From Myxococcota bacterium (GTDB taxonomy: Bacteria; Myxococcota_A; UBA9160; UBA4427): a stretch of 64,000 bases of DNA. The stretch lies in contig JAWKRT010000002.1 of the NCBI GenBank assembly GCA_041389495.1, positions 960,405 through 1,024,404 of the forward strand, given 5' to 3'. Shown in pieces: positions 46,290-56,493 of this stretch. How positions within the stretch are numbered: the first letter of the stretch is position 1; every line of letters begins with the position of its first letter. Below the pieces are notes generated by a model, which had not been told where the DNA came from, did no database searches, and saw only the letters and a program-made list of their open reading frames with translations. The position numbers and the translations under genes were made by a program.

Positions 46290-46412
46290 GCGGGATCCTG
46301 CGGTGATCGCCGGGGGTGAGCGGCCGGGCCACCGTGGGCTCCGTGTCGTCCGCTGCACGCGCGCGCTGAAGGGCGCGCGCGCGCCGCGCCCGCGCTGCGA
46401 CGATACCCTCGC

Positions 46413-47687
46413 CTAACGTCGGTCGAACCGTGCAGCGATCGCGTCGAGGGTTCGCTGGAGGCTGCCGCCGGCCTCGGTCGTCGCGTGGCCGCCCGGCGGG
46501 TCGGGGAGCCGGACGGGCCCGTGCTCGCGGCTCGGGAGCAGCACCGTCGCCGTGCCGGGCGTCGTCACCTCGTCGCGCTGGTTGCGGCCCTCGAGCGCGA
46601 GGTCGACGGCGGGGCGGTCGCCCTCGGCGAGGTACTTGCGCTCGACGCGGCCGCGCATCCAGTGGACGTCGCCGACGAAGTTGAAGCGCCGGAACTCGCA
46701 CCCGAGCTTCCACAGCCACGCGTCGTCGCCCATCCAGTCTGTGCACAGGTGGACGAGCCACGTCTCGCGCATGCGCCCGTAGTCGTAGGTCGTCGGGTTG
46801 CCGGCCTTGCGCGCGTACTCCGGGTCCCAGTGGCAGCGCTGCATCACGTCGGGGATGCCGAGCTCGTCGGGGTGGTAGAAGCGCGGGATGCGCTGGCGGT
46901 TCTTGAAGCCGAGCCGCAGCGCGCGCACGCCGTAGAGCCCCATCCCGACGCCGACGTGCCAGCACACGATGTCGGTGACGGTGAGCGGACCCTTCACGAG
47001 CGGGCCGACCTCGTCGCCTTCCTCGACGTCCTCGAAGTAGCGCGGCTCGCCGCCGCGCGGCCGCTCGCTCGCGTACTGCGCGTCGATGCGCTCGATCTCG
47101 TCCTTCGTGTACGGGCGGATCTCGACGTCGTCGTACTTCCGGCGCTCGCGCGCGCGCTCGCGCTCGGTGCGCACCATGAGCCGGTACTGGCCCGAGAGCA
47201 CGTGGCCCTCGTCGTCGCGGAACACCTGCGCCGTCCACTCGTGGATGGCGCGCTTCGCGAACTCGCTCTGCTTGTCGAGCACGCCGACGAGCGCGTTGCG
47301 GCGCACGACTCCGCGGCCCGGATGGAGCGGATACCACCACTCGCGCTCGCTGCCGGAGTAGAACGCGTGGACGCCGCGCAGCGGATCGCCGCGCATGAGG
47401 TCGCGGTGCTCGGGCGCGACGTGCGCGACCTCGTCCTCGCCGACGAGCGTGTCGCCGCCGACGAGTGCGGGCGGCGCGATCGGGCCGCCCCAGCGCGTGC
47501 CCGCCGCATAGCCCGGGTCGCACCACAGCGGGTTGTCGTCGCCGATCGCCTCGGCGACGTGGCGGAACGCGTCCTCGTTGGGGCGCAGGTAGTGCGGCGG
47601 CTGCGGGTGCGGCTCGGCGATGCCGATGCGCGCGCGCAGGCGCGCGACGCCTTCGTCGGTGATGCGGGGCTCGGCGCGGTCGCTCAT
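46413..47687 (-). CDS. MaoC-like / double hot-dog acyl dehydratase family protein
   Basis: 424-aa ORF. It carries DDNPLWCDPGYA, GPLTVTDIVCWHVG and NPTTYDYGRMRETW, typical of hot-dog-fold hydratases. Confidence 0.75.
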   Translation of the reverse strand: MSDRAEPRITDEGVARLRARIGIAEPHPQPPHYLRPNEDAFRHVAEAIGDDNPLWCDPGYAAGTRWGGPIAPPALVGGDTLVGEDEVAHVAPEHRDLMRGDPLRGVHAFYSGSEREWWYPLHPGRGVVRRNALVGVLDKQSEFAKRAIHEWTAQVFRDDEGHVLSGQYRLMVRTERERARERRKYDDVEIRPYTKDEIERIDAQYASERPRGGEPRYFEDVEEGDEVGPLVKGPLTVTDIVCWHVGVGMGLYGVRALRLGFKNRQRIPRFYHPDELGIPDVMQRCHWDPEYARKAGNPTTYDYGRMRETWLVHLCTDWMGDDAWLWKLGCEFRRFNFVGDVHWMRGRVERKYLAEGDRPAVDLALEGRNQRDEVTTPGTATVLLPSREHGPVRLPDPPGGHATTEAGGSLQRTLDAIAARFDRR

Positions 47688-47729
47688 GGGCGCGCAGCAT
47701 AGCCGCGCGCGCCGCCGGCATGCGTACGA

Positions 47730-48821
47730 CTAGCCGAGCTTCTCCCAGCTCCCGGCGGCCGCCGAACGGCGGATCGCGTCGAGGATGCGCTGCAGCGCGA
47801 CGCCGTCCTCGAACGTGCCGGGCACCGGGTCGGGCGGCGTCGGCCGTCCGAGGATGCGATCGCGCATGCACGCGAAGAGCTTCGTGAACGGAGCGAGATC
47901 GATGCCCATCGAGTGCATCATGTCGTAGGCCGTGACGAGCAGGTCGCGGTCGGGCGGGACGGGCGGCGGGCTCGCGAGATCGTCGGGCACGGGCAGCTTC
48001 TCCGTGCCCGACGCCGTCGTCACCGACACCTGGTCGCCCGCGATCACGAGCGTCCCGCGCGGGCCCGAGATGCGCGACGCGAACGCCGGCGGGCCGAGCG
48101 TCGCCGCGCTGCTCTGCAGGAGGCCCGTGCAGCCCGCGACGGTGCGGAAGTGGATCGTGAACGTGTCCTCGGCCGTGAAGCCGGCGGGCCGGTCGGCGAC
48201 CACGTCGAGCGACGCCGACAGCCCGCTCCACTCGCCGAGCGTCGCGCGCATCTGGTCGACGACGTGCGAGGCGTAGGCGCCGAGCCAGCCGCCGCCCTCG
48301 TTCGCGTCGCTCCACCAGGCGGGTACCTCGCCGCGCGGGTCGGCGAGGCTCGGCTGCAGCAGCAGGAAGGTCGCGAGGCGCGGCGCGCCGACGACGCCCG
48401 CGCGGATGGCGCGCGTCGCGATCGCCTGCCCGGTCGCGAACCGGAACTCGGTGCCGAGCACGTGCACGACGCCGGCGGCGCGCGCGGCGTCGAGCATGCG
48501 CTCGGCCTCCTCGACGTTCGCGGCGAAGGGCTTCTCGCACATGACGTGCTTGCCCGCGCGCGCGGCGGCGATGGCGATCGCGGCGTGCGTGTGCGGCGGC
48601 GTCGCGATCGACACGATGTCGACGTCGCGCAGCGCGAGCGCGTCCTCGAGGTTCGTGAAGGCGTGCGGGATGCCGCCGCGCTTCGCGCGCTCGGCCGTCT
48701 TCGCCGCGTCGCGCCCGACGAGCGCGTGCACCTCGATGCCGGCCGCGCGCAGCGCGCGCGCGTGGGTGAGGAATCCGAAGCTCGTTCCGATCACCGCCGC
48801 GCGCAGCGTTCGCGTCGCCAT
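47730..48821 (-). CDS. Gfo/Idh/MocA family oxidoreductase
   Basis: 363 aa starting at ATG 48821. It carries LRAAVIGTSFGFLTHARAL, MCEKPFAANVEEA and HVLGTEFRF. Confidence 0.85.
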   Translation of the reverse strand: MATRTLRAAVIGTSFGFLTHARALRAAGIEVHALVGRDAAKTAERAKRGGIPHAFTNLEDALALRDVDIVSIATPPHTHAAIAIAAARAGKHVMCEKPFAANVEEAERMLDAARAAGVVHVLGTEFRFATGQAIATRAIRAGVVGAPRLATFLLLQPSLADPRGEVPAWWSDANEGGGWLGAYASHVVDQMRATLGEWSGLSASLDVVADRPAGFTAEDTFTIHFRTVAGCTGLLQSSAATLGPPAFASRISGPRGTLVIAGDQVSVTTASGTEKLPVPDDLASPPPVPPDRDLLVTAYDMMHSMGIDLAPFTKLFACMRDRILGRPTPPDPVPGTFEDGVALQRILDAIRRSAAAGSWEKLG

Positions 48822-48899
48822 CGATGCCTCCCGCGCGCCGGGCCCGGCGCGCGCGCACCCTAGCAGGTGTAGGCTGCGCGCTGCGGGAGGACGGCGCGC

Positions 48900-51116
48900 G
48901 TGGCGGAGTCGGGGGAGCGCGGAGGGAGAGCGCGCGTCGTCGCCGCGGCCGCGTTCGCGGCGCTGCTCGCCGCGGCGGCGTGCGCGCGGGGCGGCGACGC
49001 CGACCTCGCGGCACTCGCGCGCGCGCGCGCGAAGGCCGCGCCCGCGGCGCGCGAGTGGCGCACCTACCTCGGCGACGCGGCCTCGCGCCAGTGGTCGCCC
49101 GTCGACGCCATCCACGCGGGCAACGTGGCGGAGCTCGAGGTCGCGTGGCGCTACGACGCGCGCGGCCCGGACGGCGAGCTCGGCGAGATCCAGTGCAACC
49201 CGCTCGTCGTGAAGGGCGTGCTCTACGGCACGTCGCCGTCGCTGCGCCTGTTCGCGCTCGACGCCGAGACGGGCGCCGAGATCTGGAGCTACCGGCCGCG
49301 AGCGGGGGCGCGGAGCTTCCTGCCGAATCGCAACCGCGGACTCGTCTACTGGGAGGACGCGCGCTCGGGCGACGAGCGCCTCTTCTACGTCGTGAACCAG
49401 TACCTGCTCGCGGTCGACGCGCGCACGGGCCGCGCGGTCGAATCGTTCGGCGACGGCGGCCGCATCGACATCGGCGAGGGGCTCCCGCGCGCGGACCGCG
49501 CGGGCGCGATCACGTCGAACACGCCGGGCGTCGTCTTCGAGGATGCGCTGATCGTGCCGACGCGCGTGAACGAGCTCGCGGGCGCGGCGCCGGGCCACGT
49601 GCGCGCCTTCGACGTGCGCACGGGCGCGCTGCGCTGGACGTTCGAGACGATCCCGCGGCCGGGCGCGCCCGGTGCCGACACCTGGCCCGACGACGCGTGG
49701 AAGGAGATCGGCGGTGCGAACTCGTGGGCGGGCATGGCGCTCGACGTCGAGCGCGGGCTCGTCTTCGTTCCCACCGGCTCGGCCGCGTTCGACTACTACG
49801 GCGGCGATCGCGCGGGCGACAACCTGTTCGCGAACTCGCTCCTCGCGCTCGATGCGCGCACGGGCGAGCGGCGCTGGCACTACCAGATCGTCCGCCACGA
49901 CCTGTGGGACCGCGACCTCCCGCAGCCGCCCAACCTCGTGACGATCGAGCGCGACGGCGCGCGCATCGACGCCGTGAGCCAGGTGACGAAGTCGGGGCAC
50001 GTGTTCGTGTTCGACCGCGAGACGGGCGCGCCGCTGCACCCGATCGAGGAGGTCGCGGTGCGCGGCGAGCCGCTGCCGGGCGAAGCGCCGGCGCGCACGC
50101 AGCCGCTGCCCGTCCGCCCGCCGCCGCTCGCGCGGCAGGTGCTCGACGCGTCGACGGCGACGGACCGCACCGAGGCGGCGCGCGCGGCCGTGCTGCGGCG
50201 CCTCGACGAGGTCGAGTCGGGGCCGCCGTTCACGCTCCCGAGCCGTCGTCCGACGGTGCTCATGCCCGGCCTCGACGGCGGCGCCGAGTGGGGCGGCGCG
50301 GCCTTCGACGACGAGACCGGTCTCCTCTACGTGAACGTCAACGACGTTCCCTACCTGCTGCAGATGACCGACTTCGAGCGCGAGGTCGGGGCGCGGAACT
50401 CGGGCGAGATGCTCTACTTCCTCTACTGCGGGGGATGTCACGGCGCGGATCGCGCGGGCGACGGCTACGGCACGCCGTCGCTCGTCGGCGTCGGTGAGCG
50501 GCTCGGCTACTTCGCCACGCACCGCGTCGTCCGCGACGGGCGCGGTCGCATGCCGGGCTTCGGCGCGAGCCTCCCGTGGTGGCAGCGCGCGCTGATCGTG
50601 GGGCACGTGCGGCGAGCGGGTGGGGCGGCGACGCCGCCGGCGAGCGCGGCGGGCGGCGCGCCGCCGGCCGCCGCGCCCTCGTCGCGCGGCTACTTCGCGA
50701 ACGGCGGCTGGCACCGCTTCTCCGATCCCGACGGCTTCCCGGCCATCCGCCCGCCGTGGGGAACGCTCGCGGCCGTCGACCTCGCGCGCGGCGAGATCGC
50801 GTGGCAGGTGCCGCTCGGCGACTACCCGGCGACGCTCGCCGCGGGCCGCTCGGGGCTCGGCGCCGAGAGCTACGGCGGCCCGGTCGCGACCGCCGGCGGC
50901 CTCGTCTTCATCGCGGCCACGCCGGACGCGAAGCTTCGCGCCTTCGACAAGTGGACGGGCGAGCTGCGCTTCGAGGCCGACCTCCCGGCCGCCGGGTACG
51001 CGACGCCCGCGGTCTACGAGGTGGCCGGGCGGCCGTTCGTCGCGGTCGCCGCGGGCGGCGGGAAGCTCGGGACGCCGAAGGGCGCGTCCTGGGTCGCGTT
51101 CAGCCTCCCGCGCTGA
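48900..51116 (+). CDS. PQQ-dependent dehydrogenase (glucose/quinate/shikimate-type propeller) with internal c-type cytochrome insertion; probable lipoprotein
   Basis: GTG 48900 follows GGGAGGA. AALLAAAACARGG is lipobox-like. Quinoprotein repeats (AETGAEIWSY, RTGALRWTF, RTGERRWHY) are present. The haem motif CGGCHG plus GRMPGF lies between propeller blades. Confidence 0.82.
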   Translation: MAESGERGGRARVVAAAAFAALLAAAACARGGDADLAALARARAKAAPAAREWRTYLGDAASRQWSPVDAIHAGNVAELEVAWRYDARGPDGELGEIQCNPLVVKGVLYGTSPSLRLFALDAETGAEIWSYRPRAGARSFLPNRNRGLVYWEDARSGDERLFYVVNQYLLAVDARTGRAVESFGDGGRIDIGEGLPRADRAGAITSNTPGVVFEDALIVPTRVNELAGAAPGHVRAFDVRTGALRWTFETIPRPGAPGADTWPDDAWKEIGGANSWAGMALDVERGLVFVPTGSAAFDYYGGDRAGDNLFANSLLALDARTGERRWHYQIVRHDLWDRDLPQPPNLVTIERDGARIDAVSQVTKSGHVFVFDRETGAPLHPIEEVAVRGEPLPGEAPARTQPLPVRPPPLARQVLDASTATDRTEAARAAVLRRLDEVESGPPFTLPSRRPTVLMPGLDGGAEWGGAAFDDETGLLYVNVNDVPYLLQMTDFEREVGARNSGEMLYFLYCGGCHGADRAGDGYGTPSLVGVGERLGYFATHRVVRDGRGRMPGFGASLPWWQRALIVGHVRRAGGAATPPASAAGGAPPAAAPSSRGYFANGGWHRFSDPDGFPAIRPPWGTLAAVDLARGEIAWQVPLGDYPATLAAGRSGLGAESYGGPVATAGGLVFIAATPDAKLRAFDKWTGELRFEADLPAAGYATPAVYEVAGRPFVAVAAGGGKLGTPKGASWVAFSLPR

Positions 51117-51156
51117 GGCTTGCCAACGCGGCCGCGCGCGTGGCATGATGCCGCTT

Positions 51157-51181
51157 GTACGTCGTACGCTACGCCGTACGG
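51157..51181. promoter_or_regulatory. candidate operator: palindromes gtacgtcgtac and ccgtacgg upstream of the TetR gene
   Basis: Read directly. These are GTACG-based short palindromes about 55-80 nt upstream of ATG 51236. There is no experimental support. Confidence 0.3.
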
Positions 51182-51235
51182 CCGCGCCGCACCCCAGCGC
51201 GGGCGCCCGCCCGCGCCATCCATCGAGGACGCGTC

Positions 51236-51973
51236 ATGGACCCCTTCCGTCCGCCCCACGCCCACGCCCTCGCGGGCGAGCACCCCCCGTCGCCGCCGCG
51301 CGCGCGCGCACCGCGCGGCGCGCTCTCGCGCGAGCGCGTCCTCGAGGCCGCGCTCCGACTGCTCGAGCGCGAAGGCGAGGGCGCGCTCAGCATGCGCCGC
51401 GTCGCGGCCGAGCTCGGCTCGGCGCCGATGTCGCTCTACCGGCACGTGCGCAACAAGGAGGACCTCGTCGACGGCGTGATCGCGCTCGCGCTCGAGGACC
51501 TCACGACGAAGCCGCTCGAGGGCGACGACTGGACGGCGCGCACGCTCGCCTGGATGCTCGCGCTGCGCGAGGAGATGCTCGAGCACCCGTCGATCATCCC
51601 GCTGCTCCGCTCGAGCCACATGGTGCTGCCGGCCGTGCTCGCTCCCGTCGAGCTCGTGCTCGAGGAGCTGCTGCGCGCGGGCTTCTCGCGGCCGCGCGCC
51701 GCGCGCAGCGCGTGGGAGCTGCTCTGGATCACGCTGTCGTTCGTCGCCATCGAGCAGCGCAGCGCGCGCGAGCCCGAGACGCTCGCGACGCGCACGTTCT
51801 CGATGGCGAAGCTCCACGCCGACGACCTGCCGCACCTCGCCGAGGCGCTCCCCGACCTGCTCGTGCTCGACGCCGAGGACATCTTCCAGTCGGTCGCGCG
51901 CCATCTCGTCGCGGGCCTGCGCGTCGAGCTCGACGCGGTGCGCGCCGGGGCCGCGCGAGGGGGCCAGGCGTGA
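51236..51973 (+). CDS. TetR/AcrR family transcriptional regulator
   Basis: ATG 51236 follows GAGGA. The HTH region is LSRERVLEAALRLLEREGEGALSMRRVAAELGSAPMSLYRHVRNKEDL. Confidence 0.85.
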   Translation: MDPFRPPHAHALAGEHPPSPPRARAPRGALSRERVLEAALRLLEREGEGALSMRRVAAELGSAPMSLYRHVRNKEDLVDGVIALALEDLTTKPLEGDDWTARTLAWMLALREEMLEHPSIIPLLRSSHMVLPAVLAPVELVLEELLRAGFSRPRAARSAWELLWITLSFVAIEQRSAREPETLATRTFSMAKLHADDLPHLAEALPDLLVLDAEDIFQSVARHLVAGLRVELDAVRAGAARGGQA

Positions 51974-53616
51974 GCGACGCGGCCTGGATCTCCGGCGAGC
52001 AGCACACCGTGCCGCGCCTGCTCGCGCGGCGCCTCGCGTCGAAGCCGGACGGCGAGTACCTCGACGTCGGCGGCGTGAAGCTGAGCGCGCGCGACGTGGA
52101 CGAGCGCGGGCGCCGCATCGCGACGGCGCTGCGCGAGCTCGGCGTCGCGCCCGGCGACCGCGTCGCGTCGCTGCTCGAGAACTCGCCCGAGGCGGTGCTC
52201 TACTGGTTCGGCACGGTGCTCGGAGGGCGCGTCGCCGTCCCGATCAACTCGGCGTACAAGGGCGACTACCTCCGCCACCAGCTCGCGGACTCGGGCTCGC
52301 GCGTGCTCTTCGCGCACGTCGACTTCCTCGACCGCGCCGTCGACGTCGTCCCGCGCGTCGACGGGCTCGACTTCGTGGTGGTCGTGGGCGACGAGGGTGG
52401 CGGCGTCGACGCGAGCGCGTTCGGCGGCGCGAAGGTGCTGCGCTTCGAGGACGTGCTCGGGGCGTCGTGCGAGCCGGTGCCGAACGACGTCCGGCCCTCG
52501 GACCTCGGGACGTTCATCTACACGGGCGGCACGACGGGGCCGAGCAAGGGCTGCATGCTCTCGCACAACTACCACGAGGCGCTCGCGACGCAGATCGCGA
52601 CGCAGTGGCAGGCGACGGCGGACGACGTCGTCTGGACCCCGCTCCCGCTCTTCCACTTCAACGCGCTCACGACCGCGACGCTCGGGCCCCTCGTGACGGG
52701 CGGCCGCGGCGCCATCTTCCGCCGCTTCAGCGTCTCGCAGTTCTGGCCGGAGATGAACCGCACCGGCGCGACCATCACGTCGACGCTCGGCACGATGGCC
52801 TACCTGCTCGCGCACGACGTCGACCGGCCGGAGATGCCGCGCTCGGGCGCGCCCGAGGCGAACCGCACGCTGCGCCTGATGGGCGCGGCGCCGCTGCCGC
52901 CCGAGGTCGACTCCATCCTGCGCGAGCGCTTCGCGATCGACACGTTCAGCGGCGCCTACGGCGTGACGGAGGCGAGCCTGATCTCGTGGCAGCCGCCGGG
53001 CACGAAGAACAAGCCGAACGCCGCCGGCGTCGTGAACCACGCCTACTTCGACGTGCGCATCTTCGACGACGACGACGTCGAGGTGCCGCGCGGCACGGAG
53101 GGCGAGATCGTGATCCGCCCGAAGCGCCCGCACGTGATGTTCGAGGGCTACTGGGGGCGGCCGCAGGCGACGGTCGAGACGAGCCGCAACTGGTGGTACC
53201 ACACGGGCGACGTCGGGCGGATCGACGACGAGGGCTACCTCTACTTCGTCGACCGCAAGGCGGACTACCTGCGCCGCCGCGGCGAGAACATCTCGAGCTT
53301 CGAGGTCGAGAGCGTGCTGATGAAGCACGGCAAGCTCGCCGACGTCGCCGTCCACGCGGTGCCGAGCCCGCTCAGCGAGGACGACCTGAAGATCACGGCG
53401 ACGCTCGAGGAGGGCGCGGTGCTCACGGAGGAGGAGCTCTTCCGCTGGTGCATCGAACACCTGCCGTACTTCGCGCTGCCCCGCTACATCGAGTTCCGCG
53501 CCGAGCTGCCGAGGAGCCCCGTCGGCCGCGTGCTGAAGCGCGTGCTGCGCGACGAGGGGGCGACGCCGGCGAGCTGGGACGCCGAGGCGAGCGGCATCGC
53601 GTACGAGAAGCGCTGA
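51970..53616 (+). CDS. AMP-dependent acyl-CoA synthetase/ligase
   Basis: GTG 51970 overlaps the TetR TGA. It carries FIYTGGTTGPSKGCMLSH, YGVTEAS, WYHTGDVG and GENISSFEVE motifs. Confidence 0.9.
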   Translation: MSDAAWISGEQHTVPRLLARRLASKPDGEYLDVGGVKLSARDVDERGRRIATALRELGVAPGDRVASLLENSPEAVLYWFGTVLGGRVAVPINSAYKGDYLRHQLADSGSRVLFAHVDFLDRAVDVVPRVDGLDFVVVVGDEGGGVDASAFGGAKVLRFEDVLGASCEPVPNDVRPSDLGTFIYTGGTTGPSKGCMLSHNYHEALATQIATQWQATADDVVWTPLPLFHFNALTTATLGPLVTGGRGAIFRRFSVSQFWPEMNRTGATITSTLGTMAYLLAHDVDRPEMPRSGAPEANRTLRLMGAAPLPPEVDSILRERFAIDTFSGAYGVTEASLISWQPPGTKNKPNAAGVVNHAYFDVRIFDDDDVEVPRGTEGEIVIRPKRPHVMFEGYWGRPQATVETSRNWWYHTGDVGRIDDEGYLYFVDRKADYLRRRGENISSFEVESVLMKHGKLADVAVHAVPSPLSEDDLKITATLEEGAVLTEEELFRWCIEHLPYFALPRYIEFRAELPRSPVGRVLKRVLRDEGATPASWDAEASGIAYEKR

Positions 53617-53647
53617 CGCCGCGCGCGCGTGCGCGCGCACGCCTCGC

Positions 53648-54844
53648 CTAACGAGGCTCGCGCGGCAGCCCGAGGATGCGCTCTCCGATGATGTTGCGCT
53701 GGATCTGCGACGTGCCGCCCGACACGGTGAACTGCAGCGCCCACAGGTAGTCGTGCAGGACGTCGCCGGTCGGCAGGCCGGCGACGTCCTCGCGCGCGAG
53801 CGCGGCGCGTCCGACGACGTGCATGCCGAGCTCGCCGATCTCCTGGTAGAGCTCGCTGTAGCGGAGCTTGACCGCCGAGCCGGTGAGCGACGGGACGCCG
53901 GTCGCCTCCGCCTCCGAGACGCACAGCTGCGTGAGCCGCCAGAGCGCCTCGATCTGCGCCGCGAGCCGCCCCGCCGTCCGGCGCAGGCTCGCATCGCCGT
54001 TCCACGCGCTCGCGCCGCCCGACGGCCCCGCGCGGCGCGCGAGCGCGACGAGGCCCTCGAGCTGCGTGCGCATCGTGATGATGTGCTGCGCGAACGCCGT
54101 GCCGCGCTCGAAGCGCAGCGTGACGTTCGCGACGCGCCAGCCGTCGTTCTCCGCGCCGACGCGATTCGCGACGGGCACGCGCGCACCGTCGAGGAAGACC
54201 TCGCAGAAGTGGCTGTCGCCCTCGATCGTGTCGAGCGGGCGGACGTCGACGCCCGGCTGGTGCATGTCGAGGACGAGCCACGTGATGCCCTTGTGCGCGG
54301 GCGCGTCGGCGTCGGTGCGCACGAGCAGCTCGCAGTAGTCGGCGATGTGCGCGCGCGTGCTCCAGATCTTGTGGCCGGTGACGACGTACTGGTCGCCCTC
54401 GCGCACGGCGACGGTGCGCAGCGACGCGAGGTCGGAGCCCGCGGTCGGCTCCGAGAAGCCCTGGCACCAGACGTGGCGCCCCTCGAGGATGCCGGGCAGG
54501 TGGAACGCCTTCTGCGCCTCGCTGCCCTCGGCCATCAGCGTCGGCCCGCCGTGCATGAGGCCGATGAAGTTCGCCCCGATGTACGGCGCGTTCGCGCGCG
54601 CCGTCTCTTCGAAGTAGACGAGCTGCTCGCCGAGCGAGGCGCCGCGCCCGCCGTATTCGGCCGGCCAGTTCATGCCTGCGTAGCCCGCGTCGAAGAGCTT
54701 GCGCTGCCACGACGTGTCGTACTCGCGCCGCGCCGTCCAGTCGCCGGCCGGCGGCGGCGCGCCGTGCGCGCGGACCTCGCGCTCGAGCCACGCGCGCAGC
54801 TCGGCGCGGAACGCGGCCTCGAGGGGCGAATCGTCGAGCCTCAC
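53648..54844 (-). CDS. acyl-CoA dehydrogenase family protein
   Basis: 398 aa. GTG 54844 overlaps the upstream TGA. It carries WCQGFSEPTAGSDLASL and VSGGTSQIQRNIIGERILGLP. Confidence 0.9.
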   Translation of the reverse strand: MRLDDSPLEAAFRAELRAWLEREVRAHGAPPPAGDWTARREYDTSWQRKLFDAGYAGMNWPAEYGGRGASLGEQLVYFEETARANAPYIGANFIGLMHGGPTLMAEGSEAQKAFHLPGILEGRHVWCQGFSEPTAGSDLASLRTVAVREGDQYVVTGHKIWSTRAHIADYCELLVRTDADAPAHKGITWLVLDMHQPGVDVRPLDTIEGDSHFCEVFLDGARVPVANRVGAENDGWRVANVTLRFERGTAFAQHIITMRTQLEGLVALARRAGPSGGASAWNGDASLRRTAGRLAAQIEALWRLTQLCVSEAEATGVPSLTGSAVKLRYSELYQEIGELGMHVVGRAALAREDVAGLPTGDVLHDYLWALQFTVSGGTSQIQRNIIGERILGLPREPR

Positions 54845-56385
54845 GTCGCCGCTCCTCCGCGCGCGCCCGCGTCGCCGTTCGCGAACAGCGCGCGCACGCC
54901 CGGCTGGCTCGGCTTCATCGACGGCGTGCGCGGCAGCGCGTCGACGACGAGCACGCGCGAGGGAACCATGTAGGCGGCGAGCCGTTCGCGCGCGAAGTCG
55001 CGCAGCGCCTCGCCGTCGACGCGCGGCGCGTCCGCGTGCAGCTCGACGGCCGCGACCGGCACCTGGCCGAGCCGCGCGTCGTCGAGACCGACCACGCAGG
55101 CCTCGCGCACGGACGGGTGCTCCTCGAGCGCGGCGACGACCTCCTCGGGGTGCACCTTGAAGCCGCCGCGCAGGATGGCGGCATCCGCGCGCCCGGTGAT
55201 CCACAGGAAGCCGTCGGCGTCCATGCGCGCGCGGTCGGTCGTGCGCACCCAGTCGCTCTTCGGGCCGAGCTGTGCGGAGTGCACTTCGAGCACGCCTTCC
55301 TCGCCGGGCGCGAGCGCGCGACCGTCGGCCGGGTCGACGATGCGCAGTGCGCAGCCCGGGTGCGCGCGCCCGACGCTGCCGCGCTTCTCGCGCCGGAACT
55401 CCACGTGGTCGGGCAGCGACCAGCCGGCGACCCCGCCCGCGAACTCGGTCGCGCCGTACGACGTGAGCACGGGGACGCCGTACTGCGCCTCGAACGCCTC
55501 GGCGTCCTCGGGCGCGAGCGGCGCGGTGCCGGACACGACGGCCTTGAGGCTCGCGAGGTCGGCCGGGTCGAGCTTCGCCTCGAGCACCATGCGCACCGCC
55601 GTCGGCACGAGGCTCGCCGTCTTCGGGCGGTGCTTCACGACGAGGTCGCGCCACGGCTCGACGCGGAAGCGGTCGAGCAGCGCGAACGCGCGCCCGTCCG
55701 TCGCGCACTGCAGCACGCGGAAGATGCCGCTCACGTGGACGAGCGGCGACGCGATGATCGCGACGCCCGCGCGAAGGCGCGGCGCCGCGGCCTTGTCCTT
55801 CTCGTAGTGCTTGGCTCCGGCGAGCGAGTGCTCGAGCGCAGCGCGCCCGAGGTCGACGCGCTTCGGCGGGCCCGTCGTGCCGCTCGTCAGCATCTGCACC
55901 GCGACACCGGGGAGCCGGTGCTCGGGCGCGGTGCGCGCGTCGAGGACGCGCGTGCGCGCGCCGCGCGGTGCGACGCACGCGTCGTCGTCGCCGCCGAACG
56001 CGCAGCGCAGGAGCAGCGTGTCCGTCGCGTCGCAGGCGGCGGCGAGCGCGCCGCCGTCGGCGTCCTCCGCGCACGCGACCACGACCGGCAGGGCGAGGCG
56101 CTCGAGGTCGCGCCGCAGGGCGGCGTCGCCCTGGTGCGGGCTCAGCGTGACGACGCAGCGGCGCGAGCGGAGCACGCCGAGCAGCGCGGCCACCGCCTCG
56201 GGGCGGTTGCGGAGCAGCACGCCGACGGGCGCGTCCGCGGGCGCGCCCGCCGCGTCGAGCGCGCGGCCGAGCGCGGCCGACGCGGCGGCGAGCTCGCCCC
56301 ACGTCGTCCAGCGGCCCTCGAACTCGATCGCGTTCGCCGCCGGGTCGATCGCGAGCACGTCGTCGATGCGGGACGCGAGATCCAT
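54841..56385 (-). CDS. AMP-binding enzyme (acyl-CoA synthetase-like)
   Basis: 514-aa ORF with MLTSGTTGPPKRV, SYGATEFAG and GFKVHPEEV motifs. Confidence 0.85.
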   Translation of the reverse strand: MDLASRIDDVLAIDPAANAIEFEGRWTTWGELAAASAALGRALDAAGAPADAPVGVLLRNRPEAVAALLGVLRSRRCVVTLSPHQGDAALRRDLERLALPVVVACAEDADGGALAAACDATDTLLLRCAFGGDDDACVAPRGARTRVLDARTAPEHRLPGVAVQMLTSGTTGPPKRVDLGRAALEHSLAGAKHYEKDKAAAPRLRAGVAIIASPLVHVSGIFRVLQCATDGRAFALLDRFRVEPWRDLVVKHRPKTASLVPTAVRMVLEAKLDPADLASLKAVVSGTAPLAPEDAEAFEAQYGVPVLTSYGATEFAGGVAGWSLPDHVEFRREKRGSVGRAHPGCALRIVDPADGRALAPGEEGVLEVHSAQLGPKSDWVRTTDRARMDADGFLWITGRADAAILRGGFKVHPEEVVAALEEHPSVREACVVGLDDARLGQVPVAAVELHADAPRVDGEALRDFARERLAAYMVPSRVLVVDALPRTPSMKPSQPGVRALFANGDAGARGGAAT

Positions 56386-56493
56386 GGCCGGATGGGTGTA
56401 TCACACGCGCCCGCGGCGAGGGGTGCGGCCGCTCGTTCGCGTACGCGGGCCCGCGCGCGCGCCTACGCGCCTGCGCGCCGCGCGCCTACGCGC

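Noticed and set aside
45127-49014. A 1295-aa minus-strand ORF, one of several very long ORFs (others include 47730..51146, 5475..8528, 35438..39031 and 36900..60385-type frames).
   Set aside because: The translations are Arg/Ala/Pro/Gly low-complexity and overlap well-supported genes in other frames or on the other strand. This is expected from stop-codon scarcity at more than 70% GC. Only the segments with normal composition, an RBS and family motifs were called.
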